Of a stretch of 61,893 nt of DNA, positions 8,391 to 17,176 are shown in pieces; position 1 is the stretch's first letter, and each line of letters begins with the position of its first letter. The notes under the pieces are model-generated. The model was not told where the DNA came from, did not search any database, and was given only the letters and a program-made list of their open reading frames with translations. Made by a program: the position numbers and the translations under genes. The DNA comes from Burkholderiales bacterium (GTDB taxonomy: Bacteria > Pseudomonadota > Gammaproteobacteria > Burkholderiales > SG8-41), in contig JBIOVQ010000087.1 of assembly GCA_044867805.1 (NCBI GenBank), positions 1 to 61,893 on the forward strand, read 5' to 3'.

Positions 8391-8834
8391 ATGCTGAAAC
8401 TGCGCGATATCGATCACGTCGTCCTGCGGGTCCGCGATATCGAGGCGATGACGCGGTTCTATTGTGACGTGCTCGGCGCGAGCCACGTCGCCTACCGGCC
8501 CGAGTTCGGCATGACGCACCTCCGCGTCGGCGGCGGCTCGATGATCGACCTCGTCGCCATCGACGGCCCTCTCGGCAAGCCCGGCGGCGCCGCGCCCGGT
8601 AAGGAAGGCCGCAACATGGACCACCTCTGTCTTCGGGTCGATCATCCCTTCGACCAGGACGCAATCGTGGCGCACCTGAGGAAGCACGGCGTGCCGGTCG
8701 GCGAGATTCGCGCGCGATTCGGCGCCGAGGGCAACGGCACGTCGATCTACCTTATCGACCCGGAAGGCAACACCGTCGAGCTGAAGGGGCCTTCCGACGG
8801 CGCGTCCAAACCGCGGCCCGCGAATGACGCCTGA
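8391..8834 (+). CDS. VOC (glyoxalase/bleomycin-resistance/dioxygenase) family protein
   Basis: IDHVVLRVRDIEAMTRFYCDVLG and MDHLCLRV are typical paired beta-alpha-beta-beta-beta module motifs. Confidence 0.8.
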   Translation: MLKLRDIDHVVLRVRDIEAMTRFYCDVLGASHVAYRPEFGMTHLRVGGGSMIDLVAIDGPLGKPGGAAPGKEGRNMDHLCLRVDHPFDQDAIVAHLRKHGVPVGEIRARFGAEGNGTSIYLIDPEGNTVELKGPSDGASKPRPANDA

Positions 8835-8904
8835 CCGTCAGAAGCCAGACGCCAGACGCCAGCCGTCAGACGCCAGCCGTCAGCCCTCAGTCATCACTCG
8901 TCAC
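8835..8904 (+). repeat. 10 x heptamer array (CCGTCAG / ACGCCAG / TCATCAC)
   Basis: Begins the base after the TGA at 8832-8834 and runs to the RBS of the next gene. Confidence 0.85.
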
Positions 8905-8916
8905 GGAGAGGCTCCC

Positions 8917-9693
8917 ATGATCAGGCCACTGCTTTCCCTGGCTCTCACCGGGATTTTTGCCATGGCGCCCTGGCTCGTGCCCGCCAGCGTCATGGCAGCT
9001 GATGCCGTGCGGATCCAGACGGGCGTCAGCCAGAAGATGGAGGCGACGCTCTACAAGCCCGCCGGGGCCGGGCCGTTCCCGGCGGTGCTGGTGCTGCACA
9101 CGAGCAGCGGCCTGCGGCCGCCCGATCACGCCTACGCGAGCCAGCTCGCCGGTGAAGGCTACGTCTGCCTCGTGCCGGATTTTTTCACGCCGTACAACCT
9201 CGGCCAGGCCAATCGCCGCGAGACCTTCACGACGCACGCGCAGGCCATTTACGCAGACTTCGCCGCCGCGATCGAGACGCTGAAGAAGATGAAAGAGGTG
9301 CAGGCGGACCGCATCGGCGCGGTGGGATTTTCCAACGGCGGCTATTGGGCGCTGCTGCTTGCGTCGAAGGGGGCCATCCAGGCGGGGGTGAGCTACTACG
9401 GCGCCATCAACGGGGCAGGCACCGACAATTCGCTCGCCGCATTTCGCAACGCGTTCACCTCGGGCAGCGCCCCGGTATTGGTGCTGCACGGGGCCAGGGA
9501 CGACACGGTCCTGCCGCGCCATGCCGAGAACCTCAAGTCGGTGATGGCCGAGGCCAGGGCCCCGCACGAGTTCCACATGTACGATTCCGCGGGGCACTCC
9601 TACGATCGCGGCAAGCGGCCCGACAGCGGCGCAACGAGCGACAGCTGGCAGCGGACGCTGCGCTTCCTCGACGCCACACTCAGGAAGAAATAG
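8917..9693 (+). CDS. dienelactone hydrolase family protein, secreted
   Basis: ATG 8917 gives a signal peptide. VLVLHTSSG, nucleophile elbow GFSNGG, VLVLHGARDDTV and a C-terminal GH are consistent with an alpha/beta hydrolase of DLH type. Confidence 0.8.
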   Translation: MIRPLLSLALTGIFAMAPWLVPASVMAADAVRIQTGVSQKMEATLYKPAGAGPFPAVLVLHTSSGLRPPDHAYASQLAGEGYVCLVPDFFTPYNLGQANRRETFTTHAQAIYADFAAAIETLKKMKEVQADRIGAVGFSNGGYWALLLASKGAIQAGVSYYGAINGAGTDNSLAAFRNAFTSGSAPVLVLHGARDDTVLPRHAENLKSVMAEARAPHEFHMYDSAGHSYDRGKRPDSGATSDSWQRTLRFLDATLRKK

Positions 9694-9701
9694 AAAATAA
9701 G

Positions 9702-9748
9702 GCGTCGCAGATACAGCGTCGCAGATACGACGCGCAGTACCTGAGACG
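9702..9748. repeat. variant of the same 14-nt family (GCGTCGCAGATA x2 + GCAGTACCTGAGACG)
   Basis: Direct reading. Same architecture as 7390-7478. Confidence 0.75.
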
Positions 9749-9865
9749 ATACTGGACCGATCAGTCGTCAGCCATCACCGGAGAGCAAGGCGGAAGGTGG
9801 AAGTGGCCGCCTTGGATTTTACTTTCGACTTTCGACTTCCGACTTCCGACTTTCGCCTTCAGGGT

Positions 9866-10042
9866 TCAGGCCCGTGCTGATTTCATGTGGGCGTGGGCCC
9901 TGAGCGCAGCAAGGGACAACACCGCCACGACCAGGAGGCCTGCAATGATCCCAAGCTGCCAGACGGGGCCGCAGTCGGACGGAGGGAGCATCCCGCCGGT
10001 GCAGGCGTTTACGTAGCCCAGGACGAGTGCCTTGCTAGTCAT
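9866..10042 (-). CDS. small (58 aa) single-pass membrane protein, hypothetical
   Basis: Manual translation gives MTSKALVLGYVNACTGGMLPPSDCGPVWQLGIIAGLLVVAVLSLAALRAHAHMKSARA. Its ATG overlaps the upstream stop in TATGACTAG. It is below the 60-aa cutoff of the ORF track. Confidence 0.4.
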   Translation of the reverse strand: MTSKALVLGYVNACTGGMLPPSDCGPVWQLGIIAGLLVVAVLSLAALRAHAHMKSARA

Positions 10043-10241
10043 ATGTCTCTAGCGCTGCGGCGCCGGATAGCTCCGACCGAATTGAGTCGGCTCCCTTGCT
10101 TTCATCCAAGCGAGATAACACCTTGCCGCCTCGAAATGCCCGCAAGACCTCGACGGCCCGCTCAAGGTACGCAACCTTTTCACGTTGCTCCAGGAGCTCG
10201 AATTCTTCCGTGCTGAGGAACCTGAAGGACTCGGCGGTCAT
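10035..10241 (-). CDS. hypothetical 68-aa helical protein
   Basis: ORF-track entry lying in a locally lower-GC segment and translationally coupled to the 58-aa ORF downstream. No family recognised. Confidence 0.45.
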   Translation of the reverse strand: MTAESFRFLSTEEFELLEQREKVAYLERAVEVLRAFRGGKVLSRLDESKGADSIRSELSGAAALETYD

Positions 10242-10429
10242 ATTCCGTCTCGGTGTCCACCAATAGCGAGAAATTGTTGCACGCCTCCATTGCGACGGAT
10301 AGTCGCGGCTCCGCTACACAGTGACACCCTACAGTGACACACTCCAGCGGCGAGCCGGGTGAGGCGAAGGCGAGAAGGGAAAAAGGGGCTAGGCTAGGCC
10401 AGGCTCAAATTCAAGAATCGGGGAGTGAG

Positions 10430-11269
10430 TTGCGTACCGTAATTCGTTTGCTGGGTTGCCTGACGATTCTATTGCCCGCGGTGAGCAGCCCGGCGGCGGA
10501 CGACGTCAGCGCCTTGCGGATGGAAGCGGAAAAGCGCGTTGGAATTTCCGTTTTTATCCCGTCCACGCGGCACCTTCCGGAACACCCTCAACCGGACGTG
10601 AGCTTCGAGCCGCTTCGAGTTGTCGAGTCGCGCGGCGGCGACGCGCAGGCCGTGGCGCTCTATTTGCGCGCATACATAGACGAGTTCTCCAAGTATCCGC
10701 GCTCGTTCCTGCACGCGGTAAACGTGGAGTGGGTGGCGTTCGTAAAAGGCCTGCGGGTTGGGCAGGAGCCCCGGGCAGCCACTTACCTGCGCTTCTACGC
10801 GCCCACGACGATGGCACCACGGGGCGGCATGGTCTACGACGTCCAACAGGGCGCCACCAATCGCGCGTACGTGCGGCGCGCGCTCCATCATGAATTCTTT
10901 CACTTCATCGATGAAGGTGTGCAGGCCAGGGGTATCGAGGACGCGAACTGGCTGGCCATGAATCCGCCGGGCTTTCATTACACCGGAAAGATGGCGGGCT
11001 TTTCGCGCCGGCTTGACCATCCTGCGCCGGGGATCATTACAACGTACTCGGCGAAATCGAGTTCGGAGGACCGCGCGGAGTTGTTCGCGGCTTTGATGGA
11101 CGAGGAAACCTACCCGCGTCTGCGGGAAATCGCTGCAGCGGATCCCGTGGTGCGGCGCAAGATCAGATACCTCGTTCGATTCCTGGAGCGCATCGACCCG
11201 GCGATGGGCAGCGGTCATTTCCGCAAGCGACTCGGGGAATATTGGCAACCGTTGACGCTACGACCGTAG
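10430..11269 (+). CDS. putative secreted zinc metallopeptidase (HExxH motif)
   Basis: ALHHEFFHFIDE contains HEFFH (HExxH). TTG 10430 after GGGGAG gives a signal-like LRTVIRLLGCLTILLPAVSSPAA. GTG 10334 is the alternative listed start. Confidence 0.5.
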   Translation: MRTVIRLLGCLTILLPAVSSPAADDVSALRMEAEKRVGISVFIPSTRHLPEHPQPDVSFEPLRVVESRGGDAQAVALYLRAYIDEFSKYPRSFLHAVNVEWVAFVKGLRVGQEPRAATYLRFYAPTTMAPRGGMVYDVQQGATNRAYVRRALHHEFFHFIDEGVQARGIEDANWLAMNPPGFHYTGKMAGFSRRLDHPAPGIITTYSAKSSSEDRAELFAALMDEETYPRLREIAAADPVVRRKIRYLVRFLERIDPAMGSGHFRKRLGEYWQPLTLRP

Positions 11270-11304
11270 GAATGGAGTCCATAGGAATGGAAACATGGGA
11301 ATGA

Positions 11305-11372
11305 GGTCAGACCCCATCGAAAGAAGTGAAGGTTCAAAGAGTTAAAGTCCCAACACCCAACACTCATCACGC
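11305..11372 (+). repeat. conserved about 47-nt motif + heptamers in a 5' leader region, copy 1
   Basis: GGTCAGACCCCATCGAAAGAAGTGAAGGTTCAAAGAGTTAAAGTCCCA matches 17179-17225 at 40 of 47 positions by manual alignment. Confidence 0.7.
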
Positions 11373-11470
11373 CACTGGACCGGAAGGAGCCAGGCTCGAG
11401 CTTCTTGAGGCAGAATGGCCCGAGCACGACCCACGATCACGTCCCACGCTCTCAACGACAGGAGGAACGC

Positions 11471-11863
11471 ATGACTATCGAGCTCAAGTACCTGGCACTC
11501 GTCACGACGCTCACCGCGCTGATCTGGATACCCTACATTCTCAACGTGATCGTGGTCCGCGGCGTGGTGGATGCGGTCGGCTATCCCGAGAATCCGAAGC
11601 CGATGGCGCCGTGGGCCGAGCGGATGAAAGCGGCGCACTACAACGCCGTCGAAAACCTCGTGGTCTTCGCGGCGCTGGTACTGGCCGCGCACGCCGCCGG
11701 GGTCAAGGGAGAGGCGACCGCCATGGCCTGCGTGATCTATTTCTGGGCGCGGGCCGTCCACCTCGCCGCCTACACTTTCAGGATCCCGTGGGTCCGCACG
11801 CTGGCTTTCGTCGTCGGGTGGGGCTGCCAGATTACCCTGGCACTCAAGATACTCGGGCAATAG
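11471..11863 (+). CDS. MAPEG family membrane protein
   Basis: RBS GGAGGA precedes ATG 11471. LTALIWIPYIL and AHYNAVENLVVFAALVL are MAPEG-like, with about 130 aa and 4 predicted TM segments. Confidence 0.75.
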   Translation: MTIELKYLALVTTLTALIWIPYILNVIVVRGVVDAVGYPENPKPMAPWAERMKAAHYNAVENLVVFAALVLAAHAAGVKGEATAMACVIYFWARAVHLAAYTFRIPWVRTLAFVVGWGCQITLALKILGQ

Positions 11864-11865
11864 CC

Positions 11866-12831
11866 ATGTTCACGAGATTGATTCACGCACTGGTTGTGTC
11901 CGTCGCGGTGCTGCTGGCGGGCACCGCGCTCGCGCAGTCGTATCCCACCAGGCCGGTTCGCCTCATCGTGCCGTTCGCGCCCGGGGGCACCAACGACATC
12001 CTGGGACGCATGGTGGCAACGCACCTCGGCCAGAAGCTGGGCCAGAACATGATCGTGGACAACCGTCCCGGCCACCAGGGGATCATCGGCACGAACCTGG
12101 CGGTGAACTCGGCGCCGGACGGCTACACCCTGGTGATGATTTCCGCGGCGTACACGATGAACCCGGTGACGCTGAAGATGCCCTACGATTCGCTCAAGGC
12201 GCTGGAGTTCGTCGCGAAGATCGGGGCGAGCTTCCTCGTTCTGAGCGTCAACCCGTCGCTGCCGGTCAGCTCGGTCAAGGACCTGGTGGCCGAGGCGGGG
12301 CGCAGACCGGGCGAGATCGTGATCGCCAGCTCGGGGGGCTTCATGCACTTCGCCTCGGCGCTGTTCCAGAGCCTGTCGAAGCAGAAATACAACATCGTTC
12401 TCTACAAGGGCGGATTCCCGGCCATGATGGACACCATCGGCGGCCAGACCCAGGTGCACCTTGCGGTGAGCGTGCCGGCGATACCGCACCTGCGCTCGGG
12501 CCGGCTCAAGGGCCTGGCGGTCGGCACCCTGAAGCGCACCGAGCTGCTGCCCGAGCTGCCGACGCTCGATGAAGCGGGCATCACGGGCTATGATGCGTCG
12601 AACTGGTATGCCGTAGCGGCCCCGGCCGGCACGCCCCGGCCGATCGTGAGGAAGCTGCACGGCGAGATCGCCGCGTTCTTCACGTCGCCCGAGATGCGGG
12701 AAAAGATGACCGCCATGGGCGCCGTGATCGACATCAAGACGGCCGACGAGATGCGCAAGATCATCCCGGCCGAGATCACCAAGTGGACCAGGGTCGCGAT
12801 CGACGCGGGCATACCGCGGGAGGTGAACTAA
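11866..12831 (+). CDS. Bug family (TctC-like) tripartite tricarboxylate transporter substrate-binding protein
   Basis: MFTRLIHALVVSVAVLLAGTALAQSYPTRPVRLIVPFAPGGTNDILGR is the canonical Bug N-terminus. The listed ORF start at 11326 is an upstream run-on across the MAPEG gene. Confidence 0.9.
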   Translation: MFTRLIHALVVSVAVLLAGTALAQSYPTRPVRLIVPFAPGGTNDILGRMVATHLGQKLGQNMIVDNRPGHQGIIGTNLAVNSAPDGYTLVMISAAYTMNPVTLKMPYDSLKALEFVAKIGASFLVLSVNPSLPVSSVKDLVAEAGRRPGEIVIASSGGFMHFASALFQSLSKQKYNIVLYKGGFPAMMDTIGGQTQVHLAVSVPAIPHLRSGRLKGLAVGTLKRTELLPELPTLDEAGITGYDASNWYAVAAPAGTPRPIVRKLHGEIAAFFTSPEMREKMTAMGAVIDIKTADEMRKIIPAEITKWTRVAIDAGIPREVN

Positions 12832-12972
12832 GCCGTCAGCTGCCAGCCGTCAGTTGTCAGTCACAGAAGAGCAAGGCGAAAGGCAGAGATGACCCCAACG
12901 TGAAGGGCCCGGATTTTTAGGCTCGAGGTTTGCAGTTTTTAGCTGGCGGCTGGCGCCTGACGGCTGGCGGCT
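12832..12972. repeat. inverted pair of heptamer arrays (GCCGTCAGCTGCCAGCCGTCAG ... CTGGCGGCTGGCGCCTGACGGCTGGCGGC) flanking a 75-nt spacer
   Basis: The arms are reverse complements by eye. The pair fills the spacer between two Bug genes. Confidence 0.75.
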
Positions 12973-12992
12973 CTGAATAGAGGAGGGATGGC

Positions 12993-13961
12993 ATGAAACC
13001 GATTCGATCGCTGGGCGCAGTTGTGGGTATCTTCGTGTTCGCATGCGGCGCGGCGTGGTCGCAGCCGTACCCGACGAAGCCGGTGCGGGTGGTTGTCGTG
13101 TTTCCCGCCGGAGGCGGGACCGATATCACGGCGCGAATAGTGTTTCAGAAAGTGTCCGACCAAATGAACCAGCAGTTCCCCATCGACAACCGGGCCGGCG
13201 CCGCCGGAATGATTGGCGCCGCGATCGTGGCGAAGAGCCCGCCCGACGGCTACACGATCATGGTGTATTCCCAGACGTTCATCAATAACTTTCATCTTTA
13301 CCCGAAGAAGGACGTGCCGTTCGAACTGAAGGATTTCGCCGCGGTAGCGATGCTCGTGCGGTGGGTAGGGATGCTCACCGTCCACCCGTCGATGCCGGTG
13401 CGAACCACGAAAGAGTTCATTGCCCTGGCGAAAGCGCGGCCCGGCGAAATCCTCTACGGCTCGGCCGGCATCGGCGCCTACCAGCATCTTTCCATGAGCG
13501 TTTTCGCCAGCATGAGCGGAATAAAGGCGACCCATGTCCCCTTCAAGGGCGGCGCCCCGGCGGTCGTTGCCCTGGTGGGCGGCGAAGTCCAGTCGATACT
13601 CACGCCGATCGCGGAGGTCTTCCCCCACATCAACTCGGGCCGCTTGCGGCCGATCGCGGTGTCCTCCGCCACGCGGACCACCCAGTTCCCGAACGTCCCC
13701 GCCATCGCGGAGACCGTCAAAGGCTACGACTTCACCTCGTGGTTCGGCTGCCTCGCTCCGGCCGGCACGCCGAAGCCGATCATCGACAGGTTGAGCGCCG
13801 AGATCAAGAAAGCGCTGGCGCATCCCGACGTCATCGCGAGGCTCGCACCCCAGGTTCTGGATCCGATGCACCAGACGCCCGAGGAGTTCACCAGGCACCT
13901 CCAGGCCGAGTACGAAAGGATGAAGGAAGTCGTGAAGCTTTCGGGCGCTCGCGTCGAATAG
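12993..13961 (+). CDS. Bug family (TctC-like) substrate-binding protein
   Basis: Signal peptide followed by QPYPTKPVRVVVVFPAGGGTDITAR, then PFKGGAP and VLDPMHQTPEEF. Confidence 0.9.
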   Translation: MKPIRSLGAVVGIFVFACGAAWSQPYPTKPVRVVVVFPAGGGTDITARIVFQKVSDQMNQQFPIDNRAGAAGMIGAAIVAKSPPDGYTIMVYSQTFINNFHLYPKKDVPFELKDFAAVAMLVRWVGMLTVHPSMPVRTTKEFIALAKARPGEILYGSAGIGAYQHLSMSVFASMSGIKATHVPFKGGAPAVVALVGGEVQSILTPIAEVFPHINSGRLRPIAVSSATRTTQFPNVPAIAETVKGYDFTSWFGCLAPAGTPKPIIDRLSAEIKKALAHPDVIARLAPQVLDPMHQTPEEFTRHLQAEYERMKEVVKLSGARVE

Positions 13962-14374
13962 AGGCAGCTGCCAGCCGCCGGCGCAAACACTCGACGCAAA
14001 GGCGCAAAGCCGCAAAGAAGAACAAAATGGAACCACCGATGAACACGGATAAACGCGATAACGGATCACCAAAGTCCCCTCCTGCCTGAGGGTGAGGCGG
14101 GGTACTCCCCTCCTGTCCGAGGAGAGGTGGCGCGGAAGGTGACGGGGTGGTGGAAGAAGGTGCCTGCGCACCTTCGAGCCACCGAACGCCAGCCGCCTCT
14201 GTGTGGCTGGCCGGGCGGGGTCACGCAGCGAAGCGGTGGGGGTGGTGGGAGGAAAACCGGAAAAGCCTCACCGCGAAGAGAAATGGAATAAGAGCAACAG
14301 CAGGCCTTCGGCCCGCGAGGAAAGGCGCCAAGGTCGCGTATCGGCCACACCTTTGCGGTAAAGCTTTTCGCTCA

Positions 14375-15340
14375 TCAGTCGTCGCGAGCTACACGAAAGC
14401 CGCGGGCCCAGACCCGGATGACAACGGGGCTCCCGACGCGGTAGGCGGCGCGCAAGCCCAGTGGACCGTCTTCCCAGGATCCGCCGCGCACCACGCGCAG
14501 GAAGCAGTTGCCGGCAGCCCACGCGCTCCCGTCCGCCGGAGCGCCGCTGTAGTTCTCGTTCCAGCAGTCCTGCGTCCACTCCCACACGTTGCCCAGCATG
14601 TCGTGGAGACCGAACGCATTGGGGCGATAGCTTCCAACGGGGGCGGTGTAAGCGTATCGGTCGCTGCAATCGACGCCGTCCCAGCCGCTCGCGCCGCGCA
14701 CCTGCGCCCGGGTCGTGAGATCGGTGCTGTTGGCATAGCCGCAGGACAGGTCCGCGGCATCGCCCCAGAAACGCGTCGTCGTCGTGCCGGCTCTTGCCGC
14801 GTATTCCCACTCGGCTTCGGTCAGCAAGCGATAGGCCCGGCCGGTCTTCCGGCTGAGCCACCTCGCGTAGGCGCTGGCGTCGTCCCAGCTGACGCACGCC
14901 GCGGGGTGCGAGTCGTCCTGGGCATAGCCGGGGTTGCGCCAGTCCCTGGCCTCGTCTTTCTCGAAGTCGGTCCCGCCCCAGACGAAGCACCCGTCGCCGC
15001 CGCGGCCGGTGGCTTCCGCGAATGCCCGGTACTGGCCCCGCGTTACCTCGAACTTCCCCGCGGAAAAACGCGCCACATTCACCGGGTGCCGGGGCTCGCT
15101 GCGGTTATGATATTGAGAGGACAGCCCTGCGCGCTCTTCCTCGCCCGGGGCCGTCCCCATCACGAACCGTCCCGCTGGAATGACCACCATCTCCGGGCAA
15201 TCCGCGCAGTCCCTGAAGACCGTGCCGGGAGGCCTGTCCTGCGCGGCGGCCGCCGATTGCAGCGCAATGGACAGCAGCACGAGAAAAGCAAATCGGAGGC
15301 GGAGCGCTATTGCCGTTTTGAGATCATGTACCCTCGGCAT
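14375..15340 (-). CDS. formylglycine-generating enzyme (SUMF1/FGE-sulfatase) domain protein, secreted
   Basis: YRLLTEAEWEYAARAG, GLHDMLGNVWEWTQDCW and VVRGGSW motifs. ATG 15340 (MPRVHDLKTAIALRLRFAFLVLLSIALQSAAAAQ) gives a signal peptide. The listed start at 15532 is an upstream extension. Confidence 0.85.
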   Translation of the reverse strand: MPRVHDLKTAIALRLRFAFLVLLSIALQSAAAAQDRPPGTVFRDCADCPEMVVIPAGRFVMGTAPGEEERAGLSSQYHNRSEPRHPVNVARFSAGKFEVTRGQYRAFAEATGRGGDGCFVWGGTDFEKDEARDWRNPGYAQDDSHPAACVSWDDASAYARWLSRKTGRAYRLLTEAEWEYAARAGTTTTRFWGDAADLSCGYANSTDLTTRAQVRGASGWDGVDCSDRYAYTAPVGSYRPNAFGLHDMLGNVWEWTQDCWNENYSGAPADGSAWAAGNCFLRVVRGGSWEDGPLGLRAAYRVGSPVVIRVWARGFRVARDD

Positions 15341-16613
15341 TGCGTTTTCCCTGAGCACGGCTGTATTCGGCGCCCTTCCCGGCGTCACCGAATTCAAAAC
15401 CAACCCTGAAAAAGTCACGGACGCCGAGCTGTCGGCATTGCTCGACGCGCGCGTTGCGTCGGCTGACGTCATCGCCATCGGAGAAAGCGTGCATGGGTCG
15501 TCGGGATTCCTGAGAATCCAGGCTCGGCTCATTCGTTACCTGGTTTCAAGGCACGGATTGAGGCTGATCGTCTGGGAAAGTGCGACCCTGCGCAGCCTCG
15601 AATTAGGCCGGTGGGTGGCGTCGTGCACGACGGCCAAAACTCCGGCGCCGCTGGACGTGCTGTATTTCCCCACGGAATCCGATCGGGCATTGTGGGATTG
15701 GGTCTGCGATTTCAACCGGTCTCACCCGGGCGATCCCATTGTATTCCGGGGCATGGATGTCTGGGACCGCCCCTGGGAGCACTTCGCGAGGATCCGGACC
15801 CTGGGCGTGCGTGCCGGCATCGATCCCTCGCTCCTCGGGAGCATTGCGGCGTCCTGCCCGGTGCAACAAGCTTCGTCGTGGCCCGAGATCCAGGCTATCT
15901 ACGAAAAGCTGGACCGCGACGGGAGGTTCCTTCCCGAGGCCGCTTACCAGGAGTGCCGTGCCGGCTTGACCGCCCTGCTCGATACCGCGAGACGATCGGG
16001 CCTGGAGAAAAAAAAGAAGAAGGATGCGGGCTCCGATGACGCTCTCGAGCTTGCGATTTCGGCTTCGACGATGCTGGGATGGCTGGGGTTCTACAACTAC
16101 AACTGGTCGGATGATATTCTCAGCTGGAACGAGCGCGACCGGGCCCAGGGCAGAAATCTGATGCTCGTGATGGAAAAGCACGACGCCACGCGAGCCATCC
16201 TGTCCGCCCATACCACCCACGTTTCGCACAACCGCTCGCCGGCGGACTGGTGGGGGTATGGAGATCTCAAGTCCGGCGTCTACTTTTTCGCGGAAATGAC
16301 CCGGAAGAAGGTCTTCAATATCGCGCTCACCGCGTATGAGGCGTCCGGAACCCAGGGGCGCTGGTCGCTCCCCGTCGCCCCCAACTCCCTGGACAGGAAA
16401 CTGCATGATGCCGGGCACGATTTCTCGTTTTTCCCGTCGAATGCCGCTTTCCTGTCGGAAAACGCAAAGTGGTGGATGCAAAACGGCAACTTTCCCGGAC
16501 CCTACGAAAGCGGCGTTGAATTCATCCCGGGGGATCACTTCGATGCGTTCATCTTTTTCAACCGGTCGCACCTCGACAAGGCCTTGCCCCCAAGACCTCT
16601 TTGGGAGCCCTAA
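15267..16613 (+). CDS. erythromycin esterase family protein (secreted)
   Basis: VIAIGESVHGSSGFLRIQARLIRYLV and LIVWESA resemble the erythromycin-esterase/ChaN-like N-terminal motif. The start is uncertain: ATG 15267, TTG 15318, or the listed 15180. Confidence 0.65.
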   Translation: MDSSTRKANRRRSAIAVLRSCTLGIAFSLSTAVFGALPGVTEFKTNPEKVTDAELSALLDARVASADVIAIGESVHGSSGFLRIQARLIRYLVSRHGLRLIVWESATLRSLELGRWVASCTTAKTPAPLDVLYFPTESDRALWDWVCDFNRSHPGDPIVFRGMDVWDRPWEHFARIRTLGVRAGIDPSLLGSIAASCPVQQASSWPEIQAIYEKLDRDGRFLPEAAYQECRAGLTALLDTARRSGLEKKKKKDAGSDDALELAISASTMLGWLGFYNYNWSDDILSWNERDRAQGRNLMLVMEKHDATRAILSAHTTHVSHNRSPADWWGYGDLKSGVYFFAEMTRKKVFNIALTAYEASGTQGRWSLPVAPNSLDRKLHDAGHDFSFFPSNAAFLSENAKWWMQNGNFPGPYESGVEFIPGDHFDAFIFFNRSHLDKALPPRPLWEP

Positions 16614-16683
16614 CCAGACGCCAGACGCCAGACGCCAGGCGTCAGACACCAGTCATCGGTCATCACCTGAAAGAGAACCGTCC

Positions 16684-16986
16684 ATGCTTTGGACCATCTC
16701 CCGCGTAGCCGGTCCGAACTTCGCCGCGATGCGCGAAAAGGGCCTGAAGGCCCACCTGGATTACCTCCACGGTCAAAAACGTATACTGGTGGTCTCCGGG
16801 GCGACGCTGACCGACGATGGCCAGGAGGTCATCGGCAGCCTGCTGATCGTCAACGTGGGCAGCCGGGCGGAAGCCGAGGCGTTTGCGGACGGGGACCCGT
16901 TTCAAAAGGCAGGCATGTTCACCGGCGTAACGATCACGCGCATGCGCAAGGGGCAGTGGAATCCGCAGGCAGCCGAAGGTGCCTAG
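16684..16986 (+). CDS. YciI family protein
   Basis: 100 aa with HLDYLHG, GSLLIVNVGSRAEAEAFADGDPF and ITRMRKGQWNP. The listed ORF start at 16336 reads through intergenic repeats. Confidence 0.8.
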   Translation: MLWTISRVAGPNFAAMREKGLKAHLDYLHGQKRILVVSGATLTDDGQEVIGSLLIVNVGSRAEAEAFADGDPFQKAGMFTGVTITRMRKGQWNPQAAEGA

Positions 16987-17142
16987 AACGTATCTCAAAA
17001 ATCCAGAAAAGCAGAATTAACCACAGATAAACACAGATGAACACGGACGAAATCCCCTGCTAAACAAGGCATTGGGTTTTTGATATCTGTGTGTATCTGT
17101 GTTCATCTGTGGTTCCATTCAGTTTTTGAGACAGCTTCTAAC
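16984..17142. mobile_element. MITE-like palindromic element, copy 1 (about 160 bp, AT-richer)
   Basis: Terminal inverted repeat TAGAACGTATCTCAAAAA / TTTTTGAGACAGCTTCTA. Internal inverted repeat AACCACAGATAAACACAGATGAACAC / GTGTTCATCTGTGGTT. Near-identical copy at 28021-28179. Confidence 0.6.
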
Positions 17143-17176
17143 AACTCAGACGCCAGACGCCAGACGCCAAGCCGAT

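Noticed and set aside
9700-11470. A lower-GC stretch as a genomic island or defence locus
   Set aside because: I recognised no integrase, tRNA boundary, nuclease, helicase or other defence-associated domains. The stretch contains only a small two-gene unit and an HExxH protein.
13962-14374. A possible gene in the 410-bp gap after the second Bug gene (ORFs 14066-14350(-) and the 5' part of 14147-15409(+))
   Set aside because: The region is a mosaic of REP-like modules seen elsewhere (AAACACTCGACGCAAAGG..., CCCCTCCTGCC...GGTGACGGGGTGGTGG, a MITE fragment). The translations are repeat-derived low complexity.
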